A stretch of 64,000 nucleotides of DNA, from assembly GCA_964016885.1 (NCBI GenBank), contig OZ024744.1:63054001-63118000 (forward strand). Reading direction: 5' to 3'. Positions 37,210 through 50,812 of this stretch are shown here, piece by piece (position 1 is the first letter of the stretch; the number at the start of each line of letters is the position of its first letter). The notes under the pieces are model-generated. The model did not search any database. It was not told the origin of the DNA and saw only the letters and a list, made by a program, of their open reading frames with translations. The translations under genes and the position numbers were made by a program. This DNA is from Eledone cirrhosa (taxonomy: Eukaryota).

Positions 37210-40200
37210 AAGAACAACTAGACATACTAACACACACAAACACATATACATCATAATAATTATTTAACGTCTGTTATCCCTGCTAGAGTGGGTCATCACA
37301 GACCGAGTTAATACTCAAGCGGGACTACTGATTCTTCAGATGGATCAAGGTCTCGCAATTCGGTTACAGACGATCCCGTACTCTACTAAATGCACTTTAT
37401 CACACCAGCACCAAGGCGGTTGTCATGTCTTTGACACGACTAAAAGGGTCACCCCAAACTTCGTCTGCCAAGCTTTCTATGGCAGGAGGCCCTTCCTACC
37501 ACCAACCATTTAGAGTGCACTGAGTATATTTATCGTGTAGGTCACCAACACTCGAGAGGTCACACCGTTGACACAACTGAAGGGTCCTAACAATTTTTTT
37601 CGGCGAGGTTTCTACAGCGGAGTGCTCTTCCTATCATCAACCACCTTACAAGATGTACTTGGTGCATTTTTTGTGGCACCAACACTATAGAGGATGTCGT
37701 GGGGGTTGTAAGTATGTTATGCATATATGACCGATGTCGTCGGTGCGAGTAGTCACAAATATGTCAGGATTTTTAGATGTAGTGATGGTACGAATAGCTA
37801 AGAGGTGACAGTGGCATGGATGGGGTGGGACAAACACGCACGCATATACTGTTGCTTTACACAGACATCTTCAACCACAATTCACTCCAACCTCTACCAC
37901 ACACGCACGCGCATGGTCACCTTCCTTTCCTTTCTAACTTTTCTACCAATAAAAACGAACACTAGTGCCGACAATTGATGTTCATGGATCCTAAGCATGG
38001 AAGAATAGAAAAGATGTAATCGAGATAATAAATTTAGATTAGTTCAATTATTTGCTCCAACGGTTGATATATTTCACAATATTCTAGTCCATATTCCCCA
38101 GTGGTATCCAACACCTTGATTTTTTTTTATTTGTACTAAACTTACTGATTATACTCGGATTTAACCTTTACATTCAGTAACTGAAGTATTTAAAGAATGG
38201 AAGTATTTTTTCTTTCAATTTCATCTTCACATTTACATAAAGAAAATATTTAGTCTCCATTAAATTTCAATAATCGAACTATTTATTTTTCTTTTAGATT
38301 TCCATAATGTCACTATTTGCTGTCTATATTATGTTTCTGATATCCTTGCGTAAAGATGATTTATAAACGTTAAATTTCGGGACCAGTATTCGCTAGTTCT
38401 AACTTTAGTCTACCATTCTTCATTTCAGGTAGACGGACTCTAGGTTAAGCATTTTCATTTTATTTTATTTTTGTACTCGTTAAACTAATAATGTACACTT
38501 TTGTTTTTGTTATTACTGTTTTCATCATTTATGTTGTTACAAATTCTTTTATCACTTGTTATCATTATTATGTTTTGTTTGTTTTTTTGGCTCCTTACCA
38601 TTAAATACCACTTTCAACTAGTAATAAAACTGCTTAACGACTACGAAAACGAAAGACTTCCGGTTCGTCTACCGAAGACGAAGAATCGCATAGCGATTTA
38701 CTTGGCGTCACTTCTAACAATACGCTGTGCTTGGTAAACTTCTGCATACCGGTGTCGTTCACATTTAACATACGCAACTAATGCCATATATATATTAATC
38801 GAAGAACAGAGACCTTAATAACATCCTTCCACGAAGACATTGCGATGTAGTTTCCTCCAACAACACACACAAAAAAAGTATACAGACATCAAGGAAACAT
38901 TTTACTACCTAACACTTTTTAGTCATTTCGGATGGTAGATTTAATACGCCATTCAGTTTATCAGCAACACCATCATTTTGCACGTTGGTGCTTTTTAGAG
39001 AAGTCTATTCTTTTCCGAGCATTTGAGCCAGGTCTCCAAAATGGGGTCACGGGCGTTACCATTCTTCTAATGACTAAGTCATTAATTTTTAAGGAGATAG
39101 CCATGCCTGTTGTTTAAGAAAGTGGTTGCCGAAGAAACATCGCAATAAAATTACGACTAAGTCAGCTGGAATATATATATATATATGTGTGTTTGTTTTG
39201 TGTATGGTCGTTATTATCACAAAGTGCCTTGTGATTGTTTCTAGAAAAACGGTGAAACACTAAAAGTTTTCTTGTTGTATCAAATACCAGCTTCGAGTAT
39301 ATCAACACAACTTTCCACTACGCGAATTATTATAGTAAAAAAATATGACTTAAATAAATCACTAACTACTTTAACTGTATTGTATGTAAAATCAACTTTA
39401 GTAAATGCTGACTTATGGAAGAAATCCTTAGATTTACAGAAAACAACAGCTGGTATCGTTACGCCAGCAACAACACCAGATTCTGACTTAATTTAATCTT
39501 TGTGCTTCTCATTGTGTATTATCATATTACGATCAGATTATATGATATTGCAAGAAAAGAATTATTACAAAGAAAATCAGTTTCAGTTAATGAATTTTCA
39601 GCGACTATATTCATAAAAAACGAACACAGGATGTGAGCTGGTGAAATATCACTCACCACCTGTCCTTATTTTTGTTATTCCATTTATCCCGCCATCCACA
39701 CAATACACATGATAGCACTTAGCTGCGGAGTGTGTACTGCTATCTCAGAACAATTGACGCAATGTTTTTGTCACCCACTATTTACCCCACTATCCACATG
39801 ATAGTAGCTATGGTGTGTTTAGTGCTATCTCAACATTATTTCATAACAGGAGATGGGAAATTTATAGTTTTCCATTATAATCCATAGTTATATTAGTGAG
39901 AGAGCTTAATATATACAATGAATTTAGTATCTTTGATGCGTAGGCAGTATTCATCTGGAACACAATATACGCGCCAGAGATCTAACTCTCTGTCTCGTGT
40001 GTGTGTGTGTGCATAAAGAGTGGAATAATAGATAAAATAAGGTTGATTTTTTTTTTTTAAATATTGCCACACGTTTGAGGATTGGATGAGTCGATTTAAT
40101 CGATATCGATCCCACATATCGTCTGATACGTGTTTTATCAATCCCCCGAAATATGTATCGCGAAGTCGATGGTAAAATAACGAAACAAATAGTAGTATTT

Positions 40201-40497
40201 TATTTCTTTTTCTTTTTTAAGTCGTGCACTCTGCAAATATTATTAATGAAGTATAACCATAACCCTCAATAAATGTATTTCCCGATTTCTTTAACGTTAA
40301 ATAACCATAACATATTTCCGTGTTTCCACATAGTTATGTGAATGCTCCTAGTTGTAATTATGAGGTAGGAGATGTAGGGTAGTATTTAGAATCCTATTCA
40401 TTATCCTGCCTTTGTATGTATGCATCTCAACATCCTCGCCTATTCTACATGATTAGCCTCTGGTCAGTTTTAGTTGAATAAGATCTAAAGTCCAAAT

Positions 40498-40730
40498 AGT
40501 GATGGATTAAAGGGAGGGGCTGACTGGGCTGCAGCTAGGGGACCCACAATATTTAAAGGGCGCCTATTTTTTTTTTTTTGTTACTACCATACACGGTGGT
40601 CCCGTTTAAATGTTCATCCTATGGTCCCATGCAAGTTTAATACACCCCTGCATGAATGCATACATACATGTGAATGTGTGTAAGTGGGGGATTAAGGGAT
40701 GGGGCTGACTGGGCTGTAGCCAGGAGCCCT
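40498..40730. mobile_element. hAT-like MITE plus a second partial copy
   Basis: GGATTAA.GG..GGGGCTGACTGGGCTG.AGC repeated at ~40504 and ~40689; right end TTAATACACCCCTG. Confidence 0.5.
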
Positions 40731-41689
40731 TATTGCGAGCTTAGTCAACCTCTGGTCAAAGGCATTCTATTGGGGTGCAGCAGAAAATCTGATACCTTTC
40801 ATTGACATTTGTCAATGTTGTATAACGAAATTATTGGAAACGAATCATTTCAACTAATGATAGTAGGAAGGTGGTAATGGGCTTCAAGCTTATTTCATTT
40901 GTCTATTCATGTGTAGAGTAATTAAAGTTAGTGTTAGTATTTATTAAATACATTTCTAGAAAGTCGTTCACGTTTTACATCTCCCCTCTTCTGAGAAGAG
41001 ATATTTTTTTCATAATTGTGCTAGCTACTCCGTGTCACACTGAAACTCCCTGAGAATTATGATAATAGTACACTTGTTTGTAAAATGCTCGGCCACTTAA
41101 ACGTTAATTTTACCAGTAGGCTGTTCCGTTGATCAAATCAACTGGAACGCTCGTCGCTGAAATCGACGGAGGTCCAAACAGCTACATATCTGAAAAAAAT
41201 GATTTCTGTTTGTTTGTTTTGGTGGGATGGGAACTCTAGTATAGGGTTACACTATCGAATGTGCATTTTTTCTGCGATTTGAAAAGGTTTGGGTTGCGGA
41301 CATCTACATATTTCAAGGGATCAATGAAATACATATCAATCGAGTAAATGGATTTCTCCGACGTCAAAAAAAAAGAAACACACATATACACGCACGAGCA
41401 TGTTAGAACTTATTTTATCAAACTCACAGATATTGAAAAGCAAAGTGGGAACTCAGAACTTAAAGGGACATAACTTGATATTACCTTTTGTCCGACACTT
41501 CACACTTATGGTTCTTGAATTATCAAGCATCGTAAGAATTGTCTGAACATTTTTATTTAACAAGAGCATTTATCACACAAATTACTAAGAAGGGGCTAGA
41601 ACAAGTTTTTCAAACAATGCCTGCCTCAAAAAATTGTCAGTTTACCGCGACAGACCGTTGTTCACTTTAAAGAGAGCAACAAAAGTACA

Positions 41690-43030
41690 AAAGTAAACAA
41701 ATTCTAGTATACGTGAACGTCAGAGCTTGATCGATATAGCTGCCTCTCATAAACACGTTTCTGAGAGGAGAATCCGGTAACTGAAATGGGGTGTGGCTAT
41801 ACTTTCTTTTATCGACCAAATTATGAAACTTTGATCATAACTACCTTGCAGACGTCGTGTGGCATTCTTCTCTATGCACCGACAGTTTACGCAACGAAAG
41901 CATCTCTTTCCTATAAGAACCTCGGAAATGCCATTCTCTCTATTCCGACTAGTAAGAAAACCATCGGATTTGGTGGCTTTGATGACAGATTAGGTCGTGA
42001 TTGCAACGCATGGTTTAGATCAGGATACTTTGGTATTGGCAAAATGGTCAAAAAGGATTTATTACTACAAGGCTCTAAGCTGGGCCTTGTGATAGGGAAA
42101 GCACGGTTCTGTCAAAAACTTAAGTACAAGGTCAACTGGAGCGCATCCACTATAAAAACGGACTTTTCATTGAATTCGTTATAATACGCATTTGTGATCT
42201 TTGTATAGTCAAATTATTGCGAAGAGTTAGATGTTGGACCGATCTCCGTGTGTATGAGCCAAGCTAAAGCTGGTTGTTTGAAAAACTTCACCCCAAATAA
42301 CTCAAAGGTTACAAAACATTTGAATGTTGCCAAACTTCGTGTACCTGCAATAGCTGCATCTTTTCGACAAGCCCTTGCAAATTCACCGCCTGGCAGAATA
42401 TGAGCTGATCCCAAGCAAATGTTTTATACCATTTCTGCAGATATACTGGGCTTGAGGATACTTAAGCACAATGATTAGTTTGATGAAAACAATCTGGAAA
42501 TATCTAAGCACCTGGATATCAAATATAACTAACACTAGAGATTGTTTAGTCCCAATTTATCTGGAAAAGAACACCTGGAGACAGAACTGCTGAAAGATCA
42601 CGAGGCAGTATTACAGAGAGACCAAGGGACTCTGAAGAACGTATGGTGATCGCTTATATTCACTGATATTCAACTGGACTTTGATAAAAATGGACCAAAA
42701 ATCAATGTGCAGCTTATGTAAACAGATATTTCGTCCCCTTATCTGTTCCAAAGGTGATGACACCTTCATCAGCAATACTGAAAGTATTCTGAAGTGATGG
42801 GTAGAACATTTCACGGATCTCTTTCATAACCCATTCGCAATAAATGGGAATGTGCTAGAAGACTTTCTTCAGTACGATGTTTTCGAGGAAATGGACAACA
42901 GTGCTAATATAGAAGTAAAAACTGCAATTATACAGACCAATTCAGGAAAAGCATCCGCAATTGATGGCGTAACTGCCGTAGTTATTATGTATAACATGGG
43001 CGGTGGAAGCATTTCTGAATGGATGGGGTA
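41690..43030 (+). mobile_element. Old, heavily decayed RTE LINE (APE region to start of RT)
   Basis: GCGYTFFY, LYAPT, GGFDDRLGRD..AW, G.FGIGKM, W.EHF.DL, GKASAIDG remnants. Confidence 0.65.
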
Positions 43031-45019
43031 GGGGTACATTTGGTAAATTTATATTGTAGTGATGAGTTTAGCTCTTTGCACTCTAAAATGGTAAGAAAAT
43101 GTAATTTGAGTCCAAAGCAGGTCATATTACATTTACAGCTTTCAATAATTATAAAGTGATTACAGCAAAATGACCTTTGAAATCTGTGTCTGAATACACA
43201 TACTAGCAATTGGTATATAGTGATATGTGGAGAAAAAGTTATGACATGACAAGGAAATTTACTATGAAAGTTAACATAATATATTACACTGTTAGTATCA
43301 AATATCAATCAAAATATTTAAAAAACCTCGATATACGATAAACATAAGATGTACATAAATTGTGACACATATACAAATAGATTTGTTTTGGTTGTTTGGG
43401 GAGGAAAAAATATAATTGGGAGGCGGGTCATGCTCCACCACCCTTGCATAATAGGAATGTGATGGTTGATGAGACTGGACAAACGTAATACCTATTGCGT
43501 TTTTCAAGGGGAAAAGGTGTCAAATACTGTGGTAAATTTCGGGATATTTTCCTTACTGGTAAATATTGGGAAGATATACGTCAGACCCTTAATATGCATA
43601 TATCCCGTTGTTGACTTAATATTTCATGTTGGGGAAATGCTGGAGGGGTATACCTCCTAAGCCCAAAAAGTACGAGACTGCTAGTGTGGAGTTTGAGACG
43701 TTTGGGGGAATTGTGTCACTGACCACGAAGTTCTTGTCATTATTGGTGACTCACCTTACCTAGATATCATGTGATACCTGCAAGGGGGCTTGGATATTCC
43801 AGTGTCTTAACCTCGCTATCACTCGTGGGAATGCTACCTGTTGATTTACCTAAAAAATTATTACCCTAGAAGGAAATTCCAGCGCCCCATGTGATACGTG
43901 ATTAAATGTGCGGGTCTGCTCCCACTCCCAGCCTAATTTAATTATTTTTCCTCTTTTTTTTTGTGTGTGTGTTGGTTTAAACACACCATTTGCTTGTTGA
44001 ATTCATGAAAGACTATCGTCTATTCCAGAAAATTCACACGTTTAACAAATATGAGCTCGAAACTCGGTGCGGTAGAACATTCGAACCTCCACCCCTATTT
44101 TATAAAACTTCGTTCCAATATGCAGACAAAAATGAATCATAACTTCAGATAATGTTCACATTAAGAACTTTAGTGGAAATTTTGTTGATGGGGAGGGGGT
44201 GGCTCCAAAAATTATCTTTTATTCATTTATTTTGGTATTATTAAAATAGACCCATATTTCTGAGTTCAAAACCCACTTATTCCAAAGTGGAGATAACAAG
44301 AACTGTTCAGTTTAATCAATTATGAGTCTATTATATTTGTGGGGGTCGTATTGTCCTAACATTTCCAAAAAATAGTAAAACATACTGTTTGGTTTAGTTT
44401 TCACTTCAGTATATTTTTATATTTTTATAAATAATTTAGCTGGCAATCAATGTTCATCATTGATTGACCAACAGTTAAAAATAAATCTAAATATAATTTC
44501 TCTATTATAAGTCTTTTTGTCTCTCAAGAAGCGTCATGAACTAGGGGCAATGCTGTGACTGTGTCGGCTTGCCTAAAATTATTAGAGGGGAAACTCTTAC
44601 GCCCCTTATTGTGGTGTGTGATTGAGTGTGCGTCTTCTATTTTATTTGTATGCATTCTATCGAAATAAACGAACTTACTAGTCTAATCCGTGTCCTCTAT
44701 TCAATAGAGGAACAATAACAACACCCTTAAATATACAAAAATGTGGATTTGTTCGAGCTTAAAATGTCTCTGGTCATGGGTTTGCCTTACCAGAGTTGAT
44801 AGTTTATGGGGGCTACAACATCCGGCCAAGGGTGTAGAGTTTTCCGCTCCTCGTCTTTTTTCTATTTTACCATTAAGATTTGTAAATACGATTTATTTGA
44901 AATTAATATAATTTATATATTAGTATATAAACACAATGTATATTAAATAAAAAAGAGTGATGGGTGTATGAAAAGACACACACAAGGGGAGCTGGAGTTT
45001 TCATTTAAAATAGCGAAGG

Positions 45020-46200
45020 ACTGCATTCTTGGTTCTCCAATTTTCTCGAAAGCCATACGGGAGTGCATGGAGACCAAGCCCGCAGACCTGTCGAGAATGG
45101 TGGAGAGGCTGCGCCTCATTGACTCGCACCTGGCGCTCATTCTCCTGAAGAACTGCATCGCCCTTCCCAAATTCTTGTTCGAGTTGGGCGGTGCGCCGTG
45201 TCACCCTCAGGCAAATCACCTCGGTGAACTCGACCCCACCATCCGATGCTGTGCAGAACTCATCTGCAATGTCAGTTTCACCAGCGCCGGTTGGCAATAG
45301 GCGAAGCGCCCAGTGAGGTTCGGTGGTCTCGGCCTCTGATCCGTTTTGGATCTGGCACTGCCAATTTCCTCAATCTCTTCCAGTTGCACCCTCACCAGCG
45401 AGATCCTCAACAAGACGGCCGGACTCTAGAACTGGAGCAGGGTCTGGCCGAATGGACAGGCGAAGGCCTTTCTGTCCCCAGTATACAAATGTCCAACGTA
45501 ACTGGGACAACATCAAGTGCAGGTCTTCCTTCAGGCGGACCGCCTTGCTGCCTCCGATCCGTTCGCATACCCTTCTCATCGACCGATACACATCTTGATG
45601 ACGAGTGCACTCGCATCGGAGTTGCTCAACGCCTTGGCCTCCGCGTGCGTGAGCCACACAAATGCCGTTGTAGGCTCCCATTGAGGAGTTAGGCCTGCAT
45701 CCACAGTCATGCTACCAGGGCGCAGACCGGTTTCCCCGGCGTATCGTTCTCAACGACATATTGAAGAGCCTGAATCCAGCTGGCTTGCTATCGCAATTGG
45801 AGCCAGCAGACCTCGGTTGCGGAGACGGAAAGTACCCCCGACGGAATTACCATCTTCCCATTCGGTGGAGGTAAACCCCTCATCTGCGACGCCATGTGCT
45901 GTGACACGTTTTCCGCTTCCAATTTTGGCCACAAACTCCGGTACCGCGGACTACAAAGCAGAGGACAGGAAGACAAGCAAATACTGGGGCTTGTCCGGCC
46001 ACTTCCTTTTTGCACTGGTCGCCATCGACCTTAGGCGTCCTTGGACCCCGTACAACCGAGCTCGTCCGTAAAATCGTCTGAGGAAGGAGTCCCCGCGAGG
46101 TGGATTGGCTGTTGCAGCAGGTGTCGCTAGCCATTGTTTTCGGAACTGCCTTTGCAGGTTTGTCCGTTGGGCGCAGACGAAACACTGTCCCAACTTAGGC
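45020..46200 (+). mobile_element. Degenerate CRE-like non-LTR retrotransposon
   Basis: ILGSPI, LILLKNCIALPK, W..A.RPVRFGGLG, RLGLRV.EPHKCRC, PDGITIFPF; diverged relative of 25812-26945. Confidence 0.8.
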
Positions 46201-46866
46201 GTAGAGCCTATTACCCTCTCCCCTCCACCCTCACTTTCTTCGTGGCCTAATAGTCTTTGCTCTTTCCTTCCCTTTCTTCTTATTTATGGCATTTATAGTC
46301 CTTTACTTTACTTTCCTATACCGCCAGGTCTGCTCTTCTTTACCCCTCCCATCGTCCTTTTTTTTTTTTTCATTATTTATATAATTAATTATACAAATTT
46401 AATAGATAATTCTAATTTAAAAAATATAGAAAAGTATTTTAGAAAATGTACAAACATCTCACGCAAAAAAAAAATCTGTAAGTTATCCTCTAAGTAATTT
46501 TCATGCGTATGTGGTTGTGTGTGAGTATGTAAGTGTATGCGAGTAGAGTGCGGGTTAGTGTGCACATTTGACCGTGAATAAATATTCCAGTGTCATTCTA
46601 AAGTTTGTAATTACTGCTAGTGGAGAAATTTTGCGTCATTCGGCCCGAGTGGCCAATATAGAAATCACAATTTCTTTCTCGTGGAGGAACGAGCTACCGA
46701 TAAAAACAGATATTGACTTCATGAAATATTCTTAAATGCTCCATCACTAAGTATTATATAGTTAACCGCTGCAGTTTAACCTCCCCCTCCCCTGATCGCC
46801 AACAACTGAAAATTATAATAGCTTTCATTCATATGTGAAGTAGTCGTTATGGATAAATATCATATT

Positions 46867-47276
46867 ATCCTTCGTTTTACGATCACATAACTTCCTATCA
46901 TTTCCGTGAGTGAAAAATGGCAATTTAAAAAGGAAAGTTATAAACATTAATGTAATCTGCTTTAAAAAATATCTGTAAACCAAGGCATTATCAAGAAAGT
47001 TAGGATGAAACTAAGTTAAGTTGAGGCACTAAACTGTAGCTATGCCGTCTTGTGTGTGTTTGTGTACGTATAGATATACATATACGTGTGTGTGTGTGTG
47101 CATAGCTACAGTTTAGGGTCACCATCTGACCTTGCTTCCTCGTAACTTCCTAAATAATACATATTTTGCAGAGATATTTTTGAAGCTGATTACGATTATG
47201 TATATATATTTTAAATCGTCATTTCTTTTACTTGCGGAAATCACCAGAAGTTGTCTGTGATCTTAAAATGAAGGAT
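46867..47276. mobile_element. Fold-back/MITE-like palindrome with ~180-bp arms around a (TG/TA) spacer
   Basis: Perfect inner arms CTAAACTGTAGCTATGC (47029-47045) / GCATAGCTACAGTTTAG (47100-47116), with imperfect pairing extending outward. Confidence 0.8.
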
Positions 47277-47504
47277 TGCCTAAACAACACAATTTTATTG
47301 TAGTAATAACTACAATAGTAGCAGCAGCGGTGGTTGTGTCCGAGGTATATATCCCTCTTTATTTAGGACGACTTGCCGTTGTTTGAGGGACATTTTAGCC
47401 AGTCGAATGACAGCGTAAAAACAGCCTCGTCCGTTCGGAACAGCAGTGGTGGTTGATAATGACTGATGATGGATAGACTTTAATGTTTTTTCAGTAAAAA
47501 ACTA

Positions 47505-47975
47505 CATAATTCGGCATAGACGGTGGAGAGCCAGGGACAGTGGGACTGAGCTACATCATCTCACAAATTATGAGTTCAAATCAAGTCAGGAGCTGCCGAC
47601 TTAAGTTATAACATATAGTCTCTATACCATCCCTATTTGACAAATGGCTAGATAGATAATATTTAAATGTTTTTGTCAAGGATAAGTTGGCGCAGTCGAT
47701 AAAAAGCCTGGAGACAGTTAATTGTGCTGCGGTATCCAAACTTTGATACGCCTGTCTTGCACAATTCTAAATTCAAATCACGCCGATAGCTGCTGATTGA
47801 AAATCGATCTCGTCGTCTTTGCAAACCTCTCTGCTTAACTAATGGCTAGGCAGACGATGATAGTTTAATTAATGCTTTCAGGCGGTAGAGCCAGGGACTG
47901 GAACTGTGCACTACGGTAGCTAAACTTTGATACGTCAGTTTCTCACAAATTATGAGTTTAAATCAAGTCGTTTAA
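47505..47975 (+). repeat. Degenerate ~180-bp tandem trimer with Pol III A/B-box-like motifs
   Basis: AGAGCCAGGGAC, AAACTTTGATACG and CTCACAAATTATGAGTT(C/T)AAATCAAGTC recur. Confidence 0.55.
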
Positions 47976-48521
47976 TTAGCAGCAGCAACAGTAAGAGGAT
48001 ATAGCATAAAAAAACGAAAAACAACTATAAAAAAAAGGAGTAAAATGTGAATGGCAACTTAATGTGGAGGCAGTGTGTGATTTCTATTCAACTCAACGCG
48101 TTTCAGTCTCTCCTGGCTAGTCTGTGTGTGGTGCATTCTTCTCCACTATTATGGCAAAAAGAAGCTGTTTTTACTAGCACTTTATAGTGCTGGTTGATAA
48201 TTGTCATGATGATGTCTGGCTGCTGATAACTATATATATATATATATAGTTATCATATATATTTCATCAAAACAAGTTTGATAGAAGAGGCATTTCCAAC
48301 GGAGAAAATTTAACGTTAAGTTTTGTCTCTAATTTAGAAATAATAATAATTTTTTTATTTCGTTTATTTTGGTTTGTTTTACTTTATTTTATTTACTCTT
48401 CTCAGTTCACTGACTGGGAGAAAATAATTTGTATTTGTACCAACCGACGGACTGCTGACTTCCAAGTGGGCATCTAACAACAAGTCAGATTTTAAACTGG
48501 ATTTAAGCAGGTTCTATCGAA

Positions 48522-48589
48522 ATGGGTATTGGAACCCGAAGTAAAAGTCATCAAGGAGAATGTCTGGGACAAGATCAGCCTTCATCTCG
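48522..48589 (+). CDS. CRAMP1: cramped-like gene, putative first coding exon (MGIGTRSKSHQGECLGQDQPSS)
   Basis: ATG at 48522; donor CG|GTAAAGT; phase 2 joins the next exon in frame; no homology evidence for this exon itself. Confidence 0.6.
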
Positions 48590-49199
48590 GTAAAGTATAT
48601 GTCTATGCAGTCTAAGTTTAACTGTAAGGAAATGCACATCGTTGTACAACCGCCATTTTTTACTTCGAACCCGAATTTGTTCACACAAAAACATTGAGTT
48701 TTTCCTTGTTTCTGTTTATCAAATTAAGTCAGAATTTTTTCTGTTTTACTTCCATTCTTTAGAGCAATAGAATATTAAAAGCAATTGACCAGTTTCATTT
48801 TAAATACTTTATCGGTATCGAATATTTCCTTGTGTGTGAAAAATACATTTGAATGGCTACAATTGATTTGTTTATATCAATTCCACTAACAGTTATCTCT
48901 CTATGATTAATTTTTTCCGTGTTTCTTTTTAGCGAATGTGTAAACAAAAAGATCCTAGTGTTGTCTTAGCACAATTTAACTAAGATTTAATTAATTTTTA
49001 ATAATAAATGAAAACTAAAAGTTAAATGCATTGATAAAATTACGGGGCAGCCATTTTGAATAATACCTCATTAGTGCATGTGTCTTTATGTATATCTTTC
49101 AGTTTACACAATTAACAAACAATCAATACATTACAGTAACTTTAATAAAAAAAATTATTTTATTTCATACTTCTATTAAAACAAACAAACCAACAACAG

Positions 49200-49639
49200 G
49201 ATCTCCCTTGACAGTCATAGTGCCAGTGGAAGTGAGAAAGGAACGATTAAAGGGGTGACAAACAGTAATGAAGGTTACCACCACCATCACAACACACCTG
49301 GATCTTCTAATGTCAGCAGCACAACAGCTCCCAACACCAATGTTAGTGCTAATGTGACGGCTGGTGACAAACAACGTCCGACGAAACTTTCTAAATCAGA
49401 CCAACAGATATCCGATGATGGAGTCGTGGGAGCCTGTGGTGAGAACATGGCCAACACAGCTATTGGCACTGGCCACAGTAATTGCACCACCAGTACTACT
49501 ACATCCACTACTACTTCCACAACCAGTACTTCCACTGCAAGCAACAATGGTATCATTGCATTTACCTTCACCAGAACTAGAGGAATTAAAAGACCGAAAA
49601 GAGAACAGAGGCCCCCTGGCTCTCCAGCAAAGAAAGTTG
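49200..49639 (+). CDS. CRAMP1: cramped-like coding exon 2 (low-complexity S/T/H-rich region and basic RTRGIKRPKR segment)
   Basis: Acceptor CAG at 49197-49199; open frame; donor G|GTAGGT; phase 1 fits the next exon. Confidence 0.75.
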
Positions 49640-50139
49640 GTAGGTATTTTCAAGTTTATATAATTATTGTGATTGTGCCACACAGCCTTGCCTATCTGAC
49701 AATGTAAAATATGTATATAAGTATATTTGGGTATATATGTATGTGATGTGTATATGTATAATACATATACAGATATATGTGCGTGCGTGTGTGTGTGTGT
49801 GTGTGAGAACATCCAATTGACTTAAGAAACATTGTGTAAATTTGGAATGTGGTCGTCCCAACGTAAATGTCCATAATAATAGTCGATCACAGGGCGCCTG
49901 TACCCACTTTTGTTTCCATTTCTAGGAGTACTTTACTTAATTTTCTCACCTATTATTTGTAGTGATCAACTATAACTATTTATCTTCATTGCCCACTTTT
50001 CTATGCTGTCATGTGTTGGACTGGATGTTTTGAGACAATCTTTTATAGTTGGATGCCTTTCCTGATACCAAACCTTTTAGTTGCTTCTTACAACCCAAAG
50101 ATGTGTACCTATTCTAAAACTAAGATACACACTGATATA

Positions 50140-50812
50140 TATATAGACAGTTACAGGAAAAGTACCTAGCTAAAAGTAAGCCGCTCTACCTGGTATTTGT
50201 CGATCTGGAAAAGCCTTCGACAGAGTCCCCCGTGCTATAATCTGGTGGGCTTTTAGAAAACTAGGAGTAGATGAATGGCTTGTGAAAGCTGTACAAGCCA
50301 TGTATAGGGGAGCAGTCAGCAAAGTTAGGGTTAGCAATGACTATAGTGAGGAATTTAGCATACAGGTCAGTGTCCACCAGGTTTCTGTTCTTAGCCCTCT
50401 CCTGTTTATTATAGTTTTGCAGGCAATAACAGGAGTTTAAGACCGGACGCCCATGGGAACTCCTATATGTGGATAATCTCGCACTTATAGCTGAATCTAT
50501 GGTGGAACTAGAGAAGAAATTCCAAACATGGAAGCAGGGACTAGCATTGAGTGGTTGTGGAGGTGCCATAGCAAAAAAGCACTCAGCCCATACTGTAAAG
50601 TGGACGTATAGGCGCCACGGAAAAAAAAACACCCAGTAATCACTGTAAATGAGGTTGGTGTTAGGAAGGGCATCTAGCTGGAGAAATCGAGCCAGAATCA
50701 GTTCCAGTATGAGCAAGACAAAGTCAGCCAACCGGACACTGCCCACAACAGGACAACCCATCTAACCCATGCTAGCGTGAAAGAACGGACGTAAAAAGGT
50801 GATGATGATGAT
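50140..50812 (+). mobile_element. Internally deleted RTE (RT fragment joined to 3' UTR and (GAT)n tail), intronic
   Basis: 50235-50542 is near-identical to 53350-53662, then the 3' UTR matches 54585-54845. Confidence 0.85.
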
